A stretch of DNA of 64,000 bases. It comes from an uncultured Dehalococcoidia bacterium (GTDB taxonomy: Bacteria > Chloroflexota > Dehalococcoidia > Lucifugimonadales > GCA-2712585). The stretch lies in contig CAYTPK010000022.1 in the NCBI GenBank assembly GCA_964439905.1, positions 90,258 to 154,257 of the forward strand, in the 5' to 3' direction. The position numbers and the translations under genes are program-made. How positions within the stretch are numbered: position 1 is the first letter of the stretch; the number at the start of each line of letters is the position of its first letter. The notes beneath the pieces are model-generated. The model made no database searches. It was not told the origin of the DNA and saw only the letters and a program-made list of their open reading frames with translations. This document shows, in pieces, positions 1-8,467 of this stretch.

Positions 1-66
1 CTCTTTGGATTTTATCTTTACGGACAATTCCTTAACTGTTAAGAAGGGCAAATCGGATGTTTTCAT
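1..66 (-). CDS. Amidase-family protein, N-terminal fragment only (gene runs off the left edge)
   Basis: Minus-strand ATG at 66..64 is preceded by AGGAAA. The translation MKTSDLPFLTVKELSVKIKSKE parallels the N-terminus of the neighbouring amidase (MKKGDLPFLSISELSHYIQRKD). Confidence 0.45.
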   Translation of the reverse strand, partial: MKTSDLPFLTVKELSVKIKSKE

Positions 67-121
67 AATTTTTCCTGTCTACAAAGTATACTTTTCCTAG
101 CCTGGCATCAGAATTATCAGG

Positions 122-1537
122 CTAGATATCGGGGCGCATGGTGTGCCATGCCGTAGCTTTTTCATAGGCATGACCTATCTTGAGGATTGTTTCTTCTTCC
201 ATGGGTCTTCCTATTAGCTGCATGCCTATTGGTAGCATTGCCTTTGAGAACCCACATGGAACCGATAAAGAGGGGGATCCCACCAGATTTACAGCGTTAC
301 CGAAGGCTCTTCGACCCCTCAGATCCGCGAGAATACTATCCTTGGTCCCGAATCCCTCTTTCTCAATGATTTTCATGGCGGGTGTCGGTTGAGTCGGGTA
401 AAGGATCGCATCGTATTCCTCAAACAGTTTCAGGAAACTGATTCGGAAAAGGTCTCTTAATCTTTGAGCTTTATAATAAGTTTGTGCGGGGATTAGAGCC
501 GATGCATAATAAGTAAGTCGCATATTACGTTCGTATTCATCGGGGCGTTTGGTCAAGTTGTCCCACTGGTTGGCTGCCCCCTCTACCATGTATATCGGAC
601 TTGCTATAGAACCAGCGTTGTTTATCGATGGAAATGATACTTCTGATACTTTGGCTCCGATTTCTTGAAGGACATTAGCCGCCGTTTTAACAGCAGCCCT
701 TACCTCTGAATCCAATGAAGGATCGTCCATCATATCGGTAATTATCCCTATACGCTGGCCATTAATGTCTCCATCCAGCATGGAAGAATATGTTAGGACA
801 GGTGCCTTCCATGTGTATTTGTCCTTAGGGTCATGCCCTGCTATAGCTTCCAGAACTAGAGCTGCGTCCTTCACCGTTCTCGCCAAGGGGCCAATTACAT
901 CCATAGAATAGCTAGATCCGATGAGTCCGTATCGGCTGACACGTCCTACGCTTGGTCGTAAGCCTACGATTCCACAATAAGAAGCTGGTCCCCTGATTGA
1001 TCCAGCTGTATCTTCTCCTAGAGTAGCCGGACATAGGAAAGCTGCAGGAGCTGATCCAGAACCGGCACTCGATCCACCGGGCATGTGGTCCAAATTCCAT
1101 GGATTTCTAGGAGTTCCATATGGATAGTACTGAGTGTAACCCATAGCGAACTCAGTCATGTTAGTTTTACCTAAAAGGATCCCACCGGCCTTTTTCAGAT
1201 TAGCTATAACAGTTGCGTCTTCATTGGGAACGAAATTTTTAAGAATAGTAGATCCGCAAGTCGTTAAAACTCCTTTGGCCCACCATTGGTCTTTTGCCCC
1301 CAGCGGTATTCCATGAATTGGTCCCTTATAAATCCCTTTCGAAATATCTTCCTCAGCCTTTCTTGCAGCTTTGAGCGCATCCTCACGACAAATGGTGATG
1401 AAGGCGTGGAGTTTTGAATCAAGCTTATCGATGCGGTCAAGATGCGCTTCTATTACGTCCACAGGAGATACATCCTTGCGCTGGATGTAGTGGCTTAACT
1501 CGGAAATAGACAGAAAAGGCAGATCGCCTTTCTTCAA
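122..1537 (-). CDS. Amidase-signature family amidase (GatA/AtzE-like)
   Basis: 471-aa ORF. It carries the amidase signature GGSSAGSGSAPA, DTAGSIRGPAS and an upstream GAKDQ lysine, consistent with a Ser-cisSer-Lys triad. Confidence 0.9.
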   Translation of the reverse strand: MKKGDLPFLSISELSHYIQRKDVSPVDVIEAHLDRIDKLDSKLHAFITICREDALKAARKAEEDISKGIYKGPIHGIPLGAKDQWWAKGVLTTCGSTILKNFVPNEDATVIANLKKAGGILLGKTNMTEFAMGYTQYYPYGTPRNPWNLDHMPGGSSAGSGSAPAAFLCPATLGEDTAGSIRGPASYCGIVGLRPSVGRVSRYGLIGSSYSMDVIGPLARTVKDAALVLEAIAGHDPKDKYTWKAPVLTYSSMLDGDINGQRIGIITDMMDDPSLDSEVRAAVKTAANVLQEIGAKVSEVSFPSINNAGSIASPIYMVEGAANQWDNLTKRPDEYERNMRLTYYASALIPAQTYYKAQRLRDLFRISFLKLFEEYDAILYPTQPTPAMKIIEKEGFGTKDSILADLRGRRAFGNAVNLVGSPSLSVPCGFSKAMLPIGMQLIGRPMEEETILKIGHAYEKATAWHTMRPDI

Positions 1538-1541
1538 CTTA

Positions 1542-1736
1542 TTACTCTTTTTCTACAGGGGGCAGAATTATTGGTAATGGCTCTACATTTTCTAGGCCGG
1601 GTGGATTAATTTCGTCCACTGCCTCAATAATTGCGTTTAAGACCTCTGTAACTTCGGATAAATCTGGTTCCTTTATGTCAAGGCCTACGGCCTTACCCAT
1701 GGCTATCACGTCTTTTGGAGACAAGTCAGTCATCAA
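1542..1736 (-). CDS. Small GatC/AtzG-like protein, probable accessory subunit of the downstream amidase
   Basis: 64-aa acidic ORF ending 4 nt upstream of the amidase start. It looks helical and has a Pro-rich C-terminus (EPLPIILPP). Size and position match the small partner proteins of amidase-signature enzymes. Confidence 0.45.
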   Translation of the reverse strand: MMTDLSPKDVIAMGKAVGLDIKEPDLSEVTEVLNAIIEAVDEINPPGLENVEPLPIILPPVEKE

Positions 1737-1823
1737 TAACCTCCTGGGTATCGTGTATGCTTGATTGTCTGATCCCCTGCCAAAAAAGTCAACATGACTC
1801 TAATGCAGTTTGGTTAATCTCGC

Positions 1824-2666
1824 TTAAACCTTTAGAAACTCTCTAGTAGCTTCGATAAATTCCAGTGGTTTATCCACGGTAACTACATGCCCTGCACCAT
1901 GAACATCTATGGAGGAGAATAATTTGTTGCTGTCTCTCATCTTTTTAATGGTTTCGTCGCCTACCGTTATACTTTCTTTACCCCGAACTTCTAGGAAGGG
2001 GATACGAACGTTTTCGACTGCGGTCCAGTAGCGTTGAATATATTCAGGTTCAACGTTATCCGGCAAGTGGTAACTTGTTATAGCGGGATCGCATTTCCAG
2101 CGCCACATTCCGTCTGGGTGCTGACGAATTCTGTTGGCCACGTCTTTTTGTCTCCGTGCGTCAGTGGCCCAGGGATCATTACCTTTTGCCCACTCGAGAG
2201 CTTCCTCAAACGTGTAAAATTCAAGGGGATTGGGAAGCCAATTCTTCCGTTGTTTTTGGAGTTCCGGACTGCCTTCTGGCGCTATGTCTACCATTATGAA
2301 ACGATTAACTTTATTGGGATTAGCTTCTGCGTACAAAAGAGAATTCCAGCCCCCCATTGAAAGACCTACGAGTACGACCTTTTCAATTTCCATAGCGTCA
2401 ATAAAAGCTGTTAAGTCTGACACGTAGTGGTTTCGATGATATCCGTCCGGTGCCCAGCTGCTTTCTCCATGTCCTCGTTGATCTATAGCATACACATGGT
2501 AGTCTTCTGCCATTTTCTCGGCGAACTCATCCCAAATGTGCGCTTGACCGGAATTGCCGTGTAGGCAAATTAAAGAAGGTTTGCCTTGGGTACCCCAATC
2601 CAAATATCTCAGGTCGACACCATTTAAGTTTATATACCGGGACACGTATAAATTCGAGTTAGCCAT
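1824..2666 (-). CDS. Alpha/beta-fold hydrolase
   Basis: 280 aa. Contains an HG oxyanion motif (CLHGNSG), the nucleophile elbow GLSMGG and a C-terminal GAGHV histidine motif. Confidence 0.85.
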   Translation of the reverse strand: MANSNLYVSRYINLNGVDLRYLDWGTQGKPSLICLHGNSGQAHIWDEFAEKMAEDYHVYAIDQRGHGESSWAPDGYHRNHYVSDLTAFIDAMEIEKVVLVGLSMGGWNSLLYAEANPNKVNRFIMVDIAPEGSPELQKQRKNWLPNPLEFYTFEEALEWAKGNDPWATDARRQKDVANRIRQHPDGMWRWKCDPAITSYHLPDNVEPEYIQRYWTAVENVRIPFLEVRGKESITVGDETIKKMRDSNKLFSSIDVHGAGHVVTVDKPLEFIEATREFLKV

Positions 2667-2782
2667 GATAGTTACCTGCCATTTGTTATATATTTATTTT
2701 ACCAGTAGTCTGACTTCCCACCAAGAGTGAGTATTCAGTTGGTCCGTTTTGTTAGCCACATAGCTAGGTTTCGTCGAGATAT

Positions 2783-3820
2783 CTATAGCCAATTAGGTTT
2801 TAACACGATTCTGCCGATCTGATCTTGGCTTCCAAGCAACTTTGAAGCAGTTAGAATGTCCTCCACGGGAAAAGCCTTCCCCACGATTGGATTCAACAGT
2901 TTTTTGTGAACCAGATGCAAAGACTCGATGACACTGTTTTTGGATACTCCTGCGTGACCAACAATCGTCCCTCCACGAAAAATCAATTCTGCTAGATTTA
3001 ATTGGATTTCCTTTCCCGTGACCTCTCCCAGAACGATAAGTTGACCGTGTTTCGAAAGTGAGCGGAAAGTTTGAGGCCATAAAGGTGATCCCACTGTATC
3101 CAAAATCAAATCTACCCCCTCGTCGGATGTGATGGCGTTTATGATCTCAGAGAAACCGATATCTTCGTTGACAGTTACTTGATCTGCCCCCATTTCTTGT
3201 ATGATTGATTGCTTTCTAGCATGGGATGTTATAGCTAGTACCTTATACCCTTTTAGTTTAGCCAATTGCACCAGGTGAATACCTAGACCCCCACCAGCTC
3301 CTGTTACCATTGCTGTTTGTTTTGTTTCGGTTCTTTTTACCATAGATAAGGCCTCTAAGCCGACACCAATCGGGCAAGCCAATATTGCTGCTTGGTCCCA
3401 TCCAATATTGGCTGGTATCTTCACAGCACTGAATTCCCGTACTTTAACAAATTCAGCTAATCCACCCTGGGCATTATGTCCTAGAGCTATTCCATTATTA
3501 CACTCTTTAGTTTTATTAATCCCACAATTTTTACATAAGCCGCAGGCATCTATGGGGAGACATACTACGCGATCGCCTGGAAGCATGGATTTAACGTGGC
3601 GACCCTTTTTTACCACTAGTCCAGAAATTTCATGCCCAAGAACTAATGGAAAGGTTACACCTCTTCTGAGATGACCTGAGATTATTAAGCGGTCATGGTA
3701 GCAAAACCCACAAGCTTGTACTTTTATTAGGATTTCATCGGATTCTAGTTTAGGTAATGGAATTTCTTTCACGTCAAACTTTGGGTCCTGACCAGCTGAT
3801 TCTAAGAACAGAGCTTTCAT
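2783..3820 (-). CDS. Zinc-dependent alcohol dehydrogenase (MDR family)
   Basis: 345 aa. Contains catalytic CGFCYHD...GHEISG, the structural-zinc cluster CGLCKNCGINKTKEC and the Rossmann motif VTGAGGGLG. Confidence 0.85.
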   Translation of the reverse strand: MKALFLESAGQDPKFDVKEIPLPKLESDEILIKVQACGFCYHDRLIISGHLRRGVTFPLVLGHEISGLVVKKGRHVKSMLPGDRVVCLPIDACGLCKNCGINKTKECNNGIALGHNAQGGLAEFVKVREFSAVKIPANIGWDQAAILACPIGVGLEALSMVKRTETKQTAMVTGAGGGLGIHLVQLAKLKGYKVLAITSHARKQSIIQEMGADQVTVNEDIGFSEIINAITSDEGVDLILDTVGSPLWPQTFRSLSKHGQLIVLGEVTGKEIQLNLAELIFRGGTIVGHAGVSKNSVIESLHLVHKKLLNPIVGKAFPVEDILTASKLLGSQDQIGRIVLKPNWL

Positions 3821-3897
3821 AGCGTTGGAATGGCATCTTGCTGGTGTTTGTGAGATAACAGATAATCACCGGATAAGCTGTTATTGGAGAAAGGTAA

Positions 3898-4746
3898 ATG
3901 AAGATAGGTGCACATGTTTCAACCTCTGGCGGGATTGAAAACGCAGTAGATAGGGGAATAGAAATAGGTTGTGAGACTATTCAAATTTTTGGGTCATCTC
4001 CCCAAAGTTGGTCATTTAAAACCGTTCCTGTAGAAAATTTAGTTGCTTTTAAATCTAGAGCCAAGGAGGCAGGTATTGGTCCTATTTTTCTCCATTGTAT
4101 ATATCTTATCAATCTAGGCAACCCAGATCCCGTAAAAGTCGAGAAAGGTATCGGCTCATTGGTTAACTATATGCAACTGGCTGCTGATATAGATGCCCAA
4201 GGAATTATTTTTCATCCGGGGAGTCATAAAGGGGTTGGCTTTGATGCTATTTTAGACCAAACAGTGCACAGTATTCTATCGGTCTTAGAGAGCTCTCCAG
4301 ACGGCCCATGGTTGACCATAGAAAATACGGCGGGGATGGGGCATCATATAGGGGCTAAATTCAGTGAGATAGGAAGAATCGTAGACCGAGTCGGTAGTCC
4401 AAGAGTTAAAGTATGCTTGGATACTCAACACACTTACGCAGCAGGATATGATATTGCTTCTAAACCTGGACTAGAAAAGACTATGGAGGAATTTGACAGG
4501 GAAATCGGTTTAGAAAGGTTAGTGGCCATCCATTGTAATGATTCAAAATACGAACTTGGGGCCGGGGTAGATCGCCATGAGAATATAGGGCAAGGATATA
4601 TCGGGAAACAGGGATTCGAAAATATTATGAATTATCACCCTTTTCGCGAGATTCCCTTTTTTTTGGAGGTTCCTGGTTTTGAGGGTAATGGCCCCGATCG
4701 TAAAAACATAGATATTTTAAAGGAAATAAGAGATCAAATTATTTGA
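3898..4746 (+). CDS. nfo: Deoxyribonuclease IV (endonuclease IV, AP endonuclease)
   Basis: 282 aa. Starts MKIGAHVS and carries the TIM-barrel AP-endonuclease-2 motifs IFHPGSH, LENTAG, CLDTQH and HCNDSK. Confidence 0.9.
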   Translation: MKIGAHVSTSGGIENAVDRGIEIGCETIQIFGSSPQSWSFKTVPVENLVAFKSRAKEAGIGPIFLHCIYLINLGNPDPVKVEKGIGSLVNYMQLAADIDAQGIIFHPGSHKGVGFDAILDQTVHSILSVLESSPDGPWLTIENTAGMGHHIGAKFSEIGRIVDRVGSPRVKVCLDTQHTYAAGYDIASKPGLEKTMEEFDREIGLERLVAIHCNDSKYELGAGVDRHENIGQGYIGKQGFENIMNYHPFREIPFFLEVPGFEGNGPDRKNIDILKEIRDQII

Positions 4747-4904
4747 CGGCTTGGTTAGACCTTATCTTTGACATCTCAGAGGCCACTGGTTGGACTTCAG
4801 GGTCTCCCACCATTGAACTTTGAGCTTAATATTGGGTGATTTGAGTAAGATGATATTTTTGCTGCACCCAGGTTCTTATATAAAAACACTCAGAAATTAC
4901 AGAA

Positions 4905-6566
4905 TTATTTTCCGCCTCCAAACAAAGCATCAAGGTCTCTCTTTGAGCCTTTATCATGCTCGGTACTCAGGGGAGTCGTTTTCCAAGATGGTGCTGTCAG
5001 GTCCTGATAATGTTGATTATCACTGTAGGACCGGGTTCGAATCAGTATGGGCATAGGGATCGCATCTCCAAAAAATAGGGCTTCTTGTTTGGAATTCAGT
5101 CTAGAAAGCACCGATTTAAGTTCACGGCTATTGGGGCTACCCGATAGCACAGCATCTACATCTCTCTCGTCGTTTAATAAGCAAGATATTCGTGTAGCTA
5201 TCTGGCTCATGATTTCAGAGTCTATTCCGGACGGCCGCTGATCTATAACCATAAGTGTAATGTTAAACTTTCGATCTTCCCGGGCTATTTGGCCAAAAAT
5301 GGTCTGTGAAGCTATACCGGGAGCAAGAAACCTATGAGCCTCCTCTATGCATATTACTAAAGGTTTTGGCCCGGTACTTCTTTCAGCATCGGACTCTTCC
5401 GTAAGTTCTCTATATCTATTATGGAGACGACGTGTGAGAAGGTTGGCAACCAAAATATAGGCCGTGAGATCGTTTCCATGGCGTCCAAATTCCAATACCA
5501 CATGCATTCCATCGTTTAATTTATCTAGAAGGCGCTGTAGAGAATTATACTGGGGATTTTCATCGACAAAATCGAAACGGGTTAACCTAAGCAGACGGTT
5601 CCTTAAGGCGCGCAGAGCTTGGATCTGGACACCAAGCTTCTCCGCAATTTCCTTTACTTTTTCACCGTCGGCCAGGACTAGTTCTTTGAACCAGTTATTA
5701 TAGTATTGGCTCTTAAGTGTAGAGGGAATCGAGGCAGCCACATCTGATAGATTAAGTGTTTGTGCCAACGATTCTATATCCTCTGGTTCGATATCGCTGT
5801 AGCCAATTCTCACGACTTCGTCGTATCTGGCTTTGCGTGCCTTTGAAGATTTTTCATCTAAGGTAAATATAGATACCCGACCTGGGAATAGGGTTTTTAA
5901 ACCACTAACTGTACCTCCTCTATCATTATCTTGGCCGCTTTCACCATATTCATTATGCATGTCGAAGATTAAGCTAGATGCCTCTGTGTGTTGAAGCACT
6001 CCGATCATTAGTAGACGAGCGAGAAATGTTTTTCCTGTCCCACTTCTTCCAAAAACACCGCACGATCGTTTGACTAATTGCTTCGGGTCGATGCAGATCT
6101 TGGTATCCATATCCAATGGATGCCCTATAAAGAAGTTGTTTTCATTTTCTTGTCCAAATATGGATTCCATATCTTCTTGAGACGCGCGAAAAACGGGGGA
6201 AAAGAACTCAGGAATAGTCCGTGCCTCTGTAGTATTAGACTGATCTCCTCTGACTAGAGGTAATATCTTTCCTGGCCGCACAGAAAGGCTATTATAGGTC
6301 AGGCTTTCCGTTACTATTCCTCGTATCAATGGGTCCGACATATCAGGTAGACTAAATTTTAAATTTTGGTCTGTAGTACCTAAAGTTAGGTCAGTAACCA
6401 TAGCAACAAACCGGTTGTGTTTTCCTTGGATTACAACGTAAGTTCCATTATTTATGTCTTCGATTGATACCGAGGATTCAAGCTTGATTTCCATTCCAAG
6501 GATAAGAGATCCATCTACTACTCGTCCAATGATTTCATGTTGCAACGGGTCTAGTTGATTAGGCAT
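4905..6566 (-). CDS. HerA-like (DUF87) hexameric ATPase with N-terminal HAS-barrel
   Basis: 553 aa. The N-terminal barrel pattern is IIGRVVDGS...GTYVVIQG...VAMVTDL. Walker A is GRSGTGKT and Walker B is LVICIEEAHRFL. It also has the HerA-typical VIDQRPSGID...ATRISCLLNDERDVDAV. Confidence 0.8.
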   Translation of the reverse strand: MPNQLDPLQHEIIGRVVDGSLILGMEIKLESSVSIEDINNGTYVVIQGKHNRFVAMVTDLTLGTTDQNLKFSLPDMSDPLIRGIVTESLTYNSLSVRPGKILPLVRGDQSNTTEARTIPEFFSPVFRASQEDMESIFGQENENNFFIGHPLDMDTKICIDPKQLVKRSCGVFGRSGTGKTFLARLLMIGVLQHTEASSLIFDMHNEYGESGQDNDRGGTVSGLKTLFPGRVSIFTLDEKSSKARKARYDEVVRIGYSDIEPEDIESLAQTLNLSDVAASIPSTLKSQYYNNWFKELVLADGEKVKEIAEKLGVQIQALRALRNRLLRLTRFDFVDENPQYNSLQRLLDKLNDGMHVVLEFGRHGNDLTAYILVANLLTRRLHNRYRELTEESDAERSTGPKPLVICIEEAHRFLAPGIASQTIFGQIAREDRKFNITLMVIDQRPSGIDSEIMSQIATRISCLLNDERDVDAVLSGSPNSRELKSVLSRLNSKQEALFFGDAIPMPILIRTRSYSDNQHYQDLTAPSWKTTPLSTEHDKGSKRDLDALFGGGK

Positions 6567-6616
6567 TATTGAGCTTCTTAGTTTTCAAAATGATGTTTCC
6601 CTTGGGAAAAACGGGC

Positions 6617-7204
6617 TCATTGCTTGAGTTTCCGTAGTATGGCATTTAGACGGGCCATTTGACCAGTTAGTTCCAACGCCAGTGTTTTTCCCGCTCTCAT
6701 CAAGAATTCATCACGATTGGCTGTTTGTTTGGCAATATTGGCGAGACCTGCTGTGAGAATTTCATCTTTCACTTCAGGGTGCTGTAGTAGTAAGTGGATG
6801 AAATCTGAGTTGGACGATAAGTCCGATAATTCATTGGGTAGGCATTCATGGACAAAAGCGTGTATTTTAGGCGGTTCAAAGGGATATCCTTGGACCAAAA
6901 TATTATCGTGAGAGTATCCCACGGCTATAGATCGGAACTTTGTACACAGCAATTCCATTAATTGAGGATTTTGTGTGTAGATTTCCTGTTCTGTTGTAGC
7001 CGAGGATCCCCGGGCTACGATAGGCCTTGATGGGTCCAAACCTTCAGTAGTTATATTTACGACTATGCCGTAAATCGGTATGTCCCCAGCCTTTACGAGA
7101 GATCCGAGAGGTGGAGGCCTGTAAAGTTCATAGCATTGGGATGTGAAGGTTTCAATATTCGCTTCAATTACCTCTGCAATAGGTCGAGTTACTGGGTTAA
7201 TCAT
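6617..7204 (-). CDS. Hypothetical protein between the nurA-like and herA-like genes
   Basis: 195-aa ORF on the same strand, with 50-58 nt gaps to both neighbours. I recognised no catalytic motif. The N-terminal ~60 aa show a barrel-like pattern (IAEVIEANIETF...LGSLVKAG...IYGIVVNI). Confidence 0.6.
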   Translation of the reverse strand: MINPVTRPIAEVIEANIETFTSQCYELYRPPPLGSLVKAGDIPIYGIVVNITTEGLDPSRPIVARGSSATTEQEIYTQNPQLMELLCTKFRSIAVGYSHDNILVQGYPFEPPKIHAFVHECLPNELSDLSSNSDFIHLLLQHPEVKDEILTAGLANIAKQTANRDEFLMRAGKTLALELTGQMARLNAILRKLKQ

Positions 7205-7262
7205 GGATATATTTTAGCTGTTGAAGAGGCAGCTCGAAAGGGGCTAGTAGATCAGATTGATA

Positions 7263-8465
7263 TTAAAGCCAGGGAAGACGTTTGGATCTATTCTTTTGGG
7301 AAGTGTTGTTTAAGGAAACAGCATTATCTACCTGAGCTAGTACCATATCTTGAAACGATCTTCGATCTGATGCTGTCAAAACAGCCTGCTCGTGGGCCTC
7401 GGATATGGCGACTGGATACCCCATACCCTTCCTACATTGATCTAAGATTAATGTGTGAGTAAGTGAAAGTAGATCCTCATTCCTGGCTATCCATTCAGGC
7501 ACTTCTACTCTTCCTATTTCCCATCCATTGTTAACATAAAAAAAGAATATACGATGTTTACCATAATCTTCCATTATCACTGATGTGGAACTAAACACCG
7601 TCGATCTTTGTCCTTGCTTTAACAGTTCAGCAAAAACGTCGCGGTCTAGGATATTGTTAACCAGGCTACAGGGAGATGACAGGGACTTACGAATAGAACA
7701 AAGCCCAGCGCACTTTTCGTCGGCTTCGTGACACAGAAATAGTCGCAGAGTATTCACAACATCAGTAGAACGAGGCATACTGATATAGGATGCTATTGCT
7801 AGTCGCTTCGTTCTAGATAGGTTTTCTAGTCTGTCCATCGCAGGTAGAAAACTTTGATTTATCACCCGGTTTTTTATGAGTTGTTGAACACCAGGCCCTG
7901 AAACCTGCCATAGTATCAGAGACCCATCCATGAGGCCCAAAATAGGTGAATCATCTTGGTCTTCCGAAAGTATTTTACTTAAGGTTTCTATTTCACTAAC
8001 AGTTCGAAGCATACTGAGTGGAGAACCTTCAATGTAAACCTCGTCGACCTTGTTAGTTTCGCCTTTAAGGTAAAGACCTTCTCCATGATAAACTTCTGGT
8101 TCGCTAAAGAATTCCGTTTTTGATCGAAGATTGTAGCGTATTATGCAGCCCCCAATGTTAATAAGCGCGCAAGGTATAGGCAGGTGTCTGTCTATATCTA
8201 TGTGAGAGCCATCTGTAGACGCGACTGAGAACATTTCTGGCAGAGGGCTTGACTCATAGATGCATCCCAGCCCTTCGGCAGTTTCGGCCCATAGAAATGG
8301 TCGATTAGTTACAGAGCGGAGTTTCCCTGCGACCTCTTGTCCTGTAGATCTCTTCATGTGTTCTACGCTTAGTCGAATCCGATCTACCCGGTCTTCGAAT
8401 TCCTTTTGGTGTCCCTGTGTTATTTCCTTGATTTTCTTTATTGCTTTATTTAGATCTAGGCTCAT
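7263..8465 (-). CDS. NurA-like nuclease domain protein
   Basis: 400 aa. Acidic DGS motifs (ASTDGSHIDID, GLMDGSLILW) and a C-terminal GYPVAISEAHEQAV resemble the NurA catalytic signature. It sits in an operon-like string with the HerA-like ATPase. Confidence 0.6.
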   Translation of the reverse strand: MSLDLNKAIKKIKEITQGHQKEFEDRVDRIRLSVEHMKRSTGQEVAGKLRSVTNRPFLWAETAEGLGCIYESSPLPEMFSVASTDGSHIDIDRHLPIPCALINIGGCIIRYNLRSKTEFFSEPEVYHGEGLYLKGETNKVDEVYIEGSPLSMLRTVSEIETLSKILSEDQDDSPILGLMDGSLILWQVSGPGVQQLIKNRVINQSFLPAMDRLENLSRTKRLAIASYISMPRSTDVVNTLRLFLCHEADEKCAGLCSIRKSLSSPCSLVNNILDRDVFAELLKQGQRSTVFSSTSVIMEDYGKHRIFFFYVNNGWEIGRVEVPEWIARNEDLLSLTHTLILDQCRKGMGYPVAISEAHEQAVLTASDRRSFQDMVLAQVDNAVSLNNTSQKNRSKRLPWL

Positions 8466-8467
8466 GG

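Noticed and set aside
5029-5046. A GGGTTCGAATC string resembling a tRNA T-loop.
   Set aside because: It lies inside the herA-like CDS. The flanking bases cannot form a 5-bp T-stem (CCGGG versus CAGTA). No acceptor or anticodon arms are apparent. I take it as a chance match.
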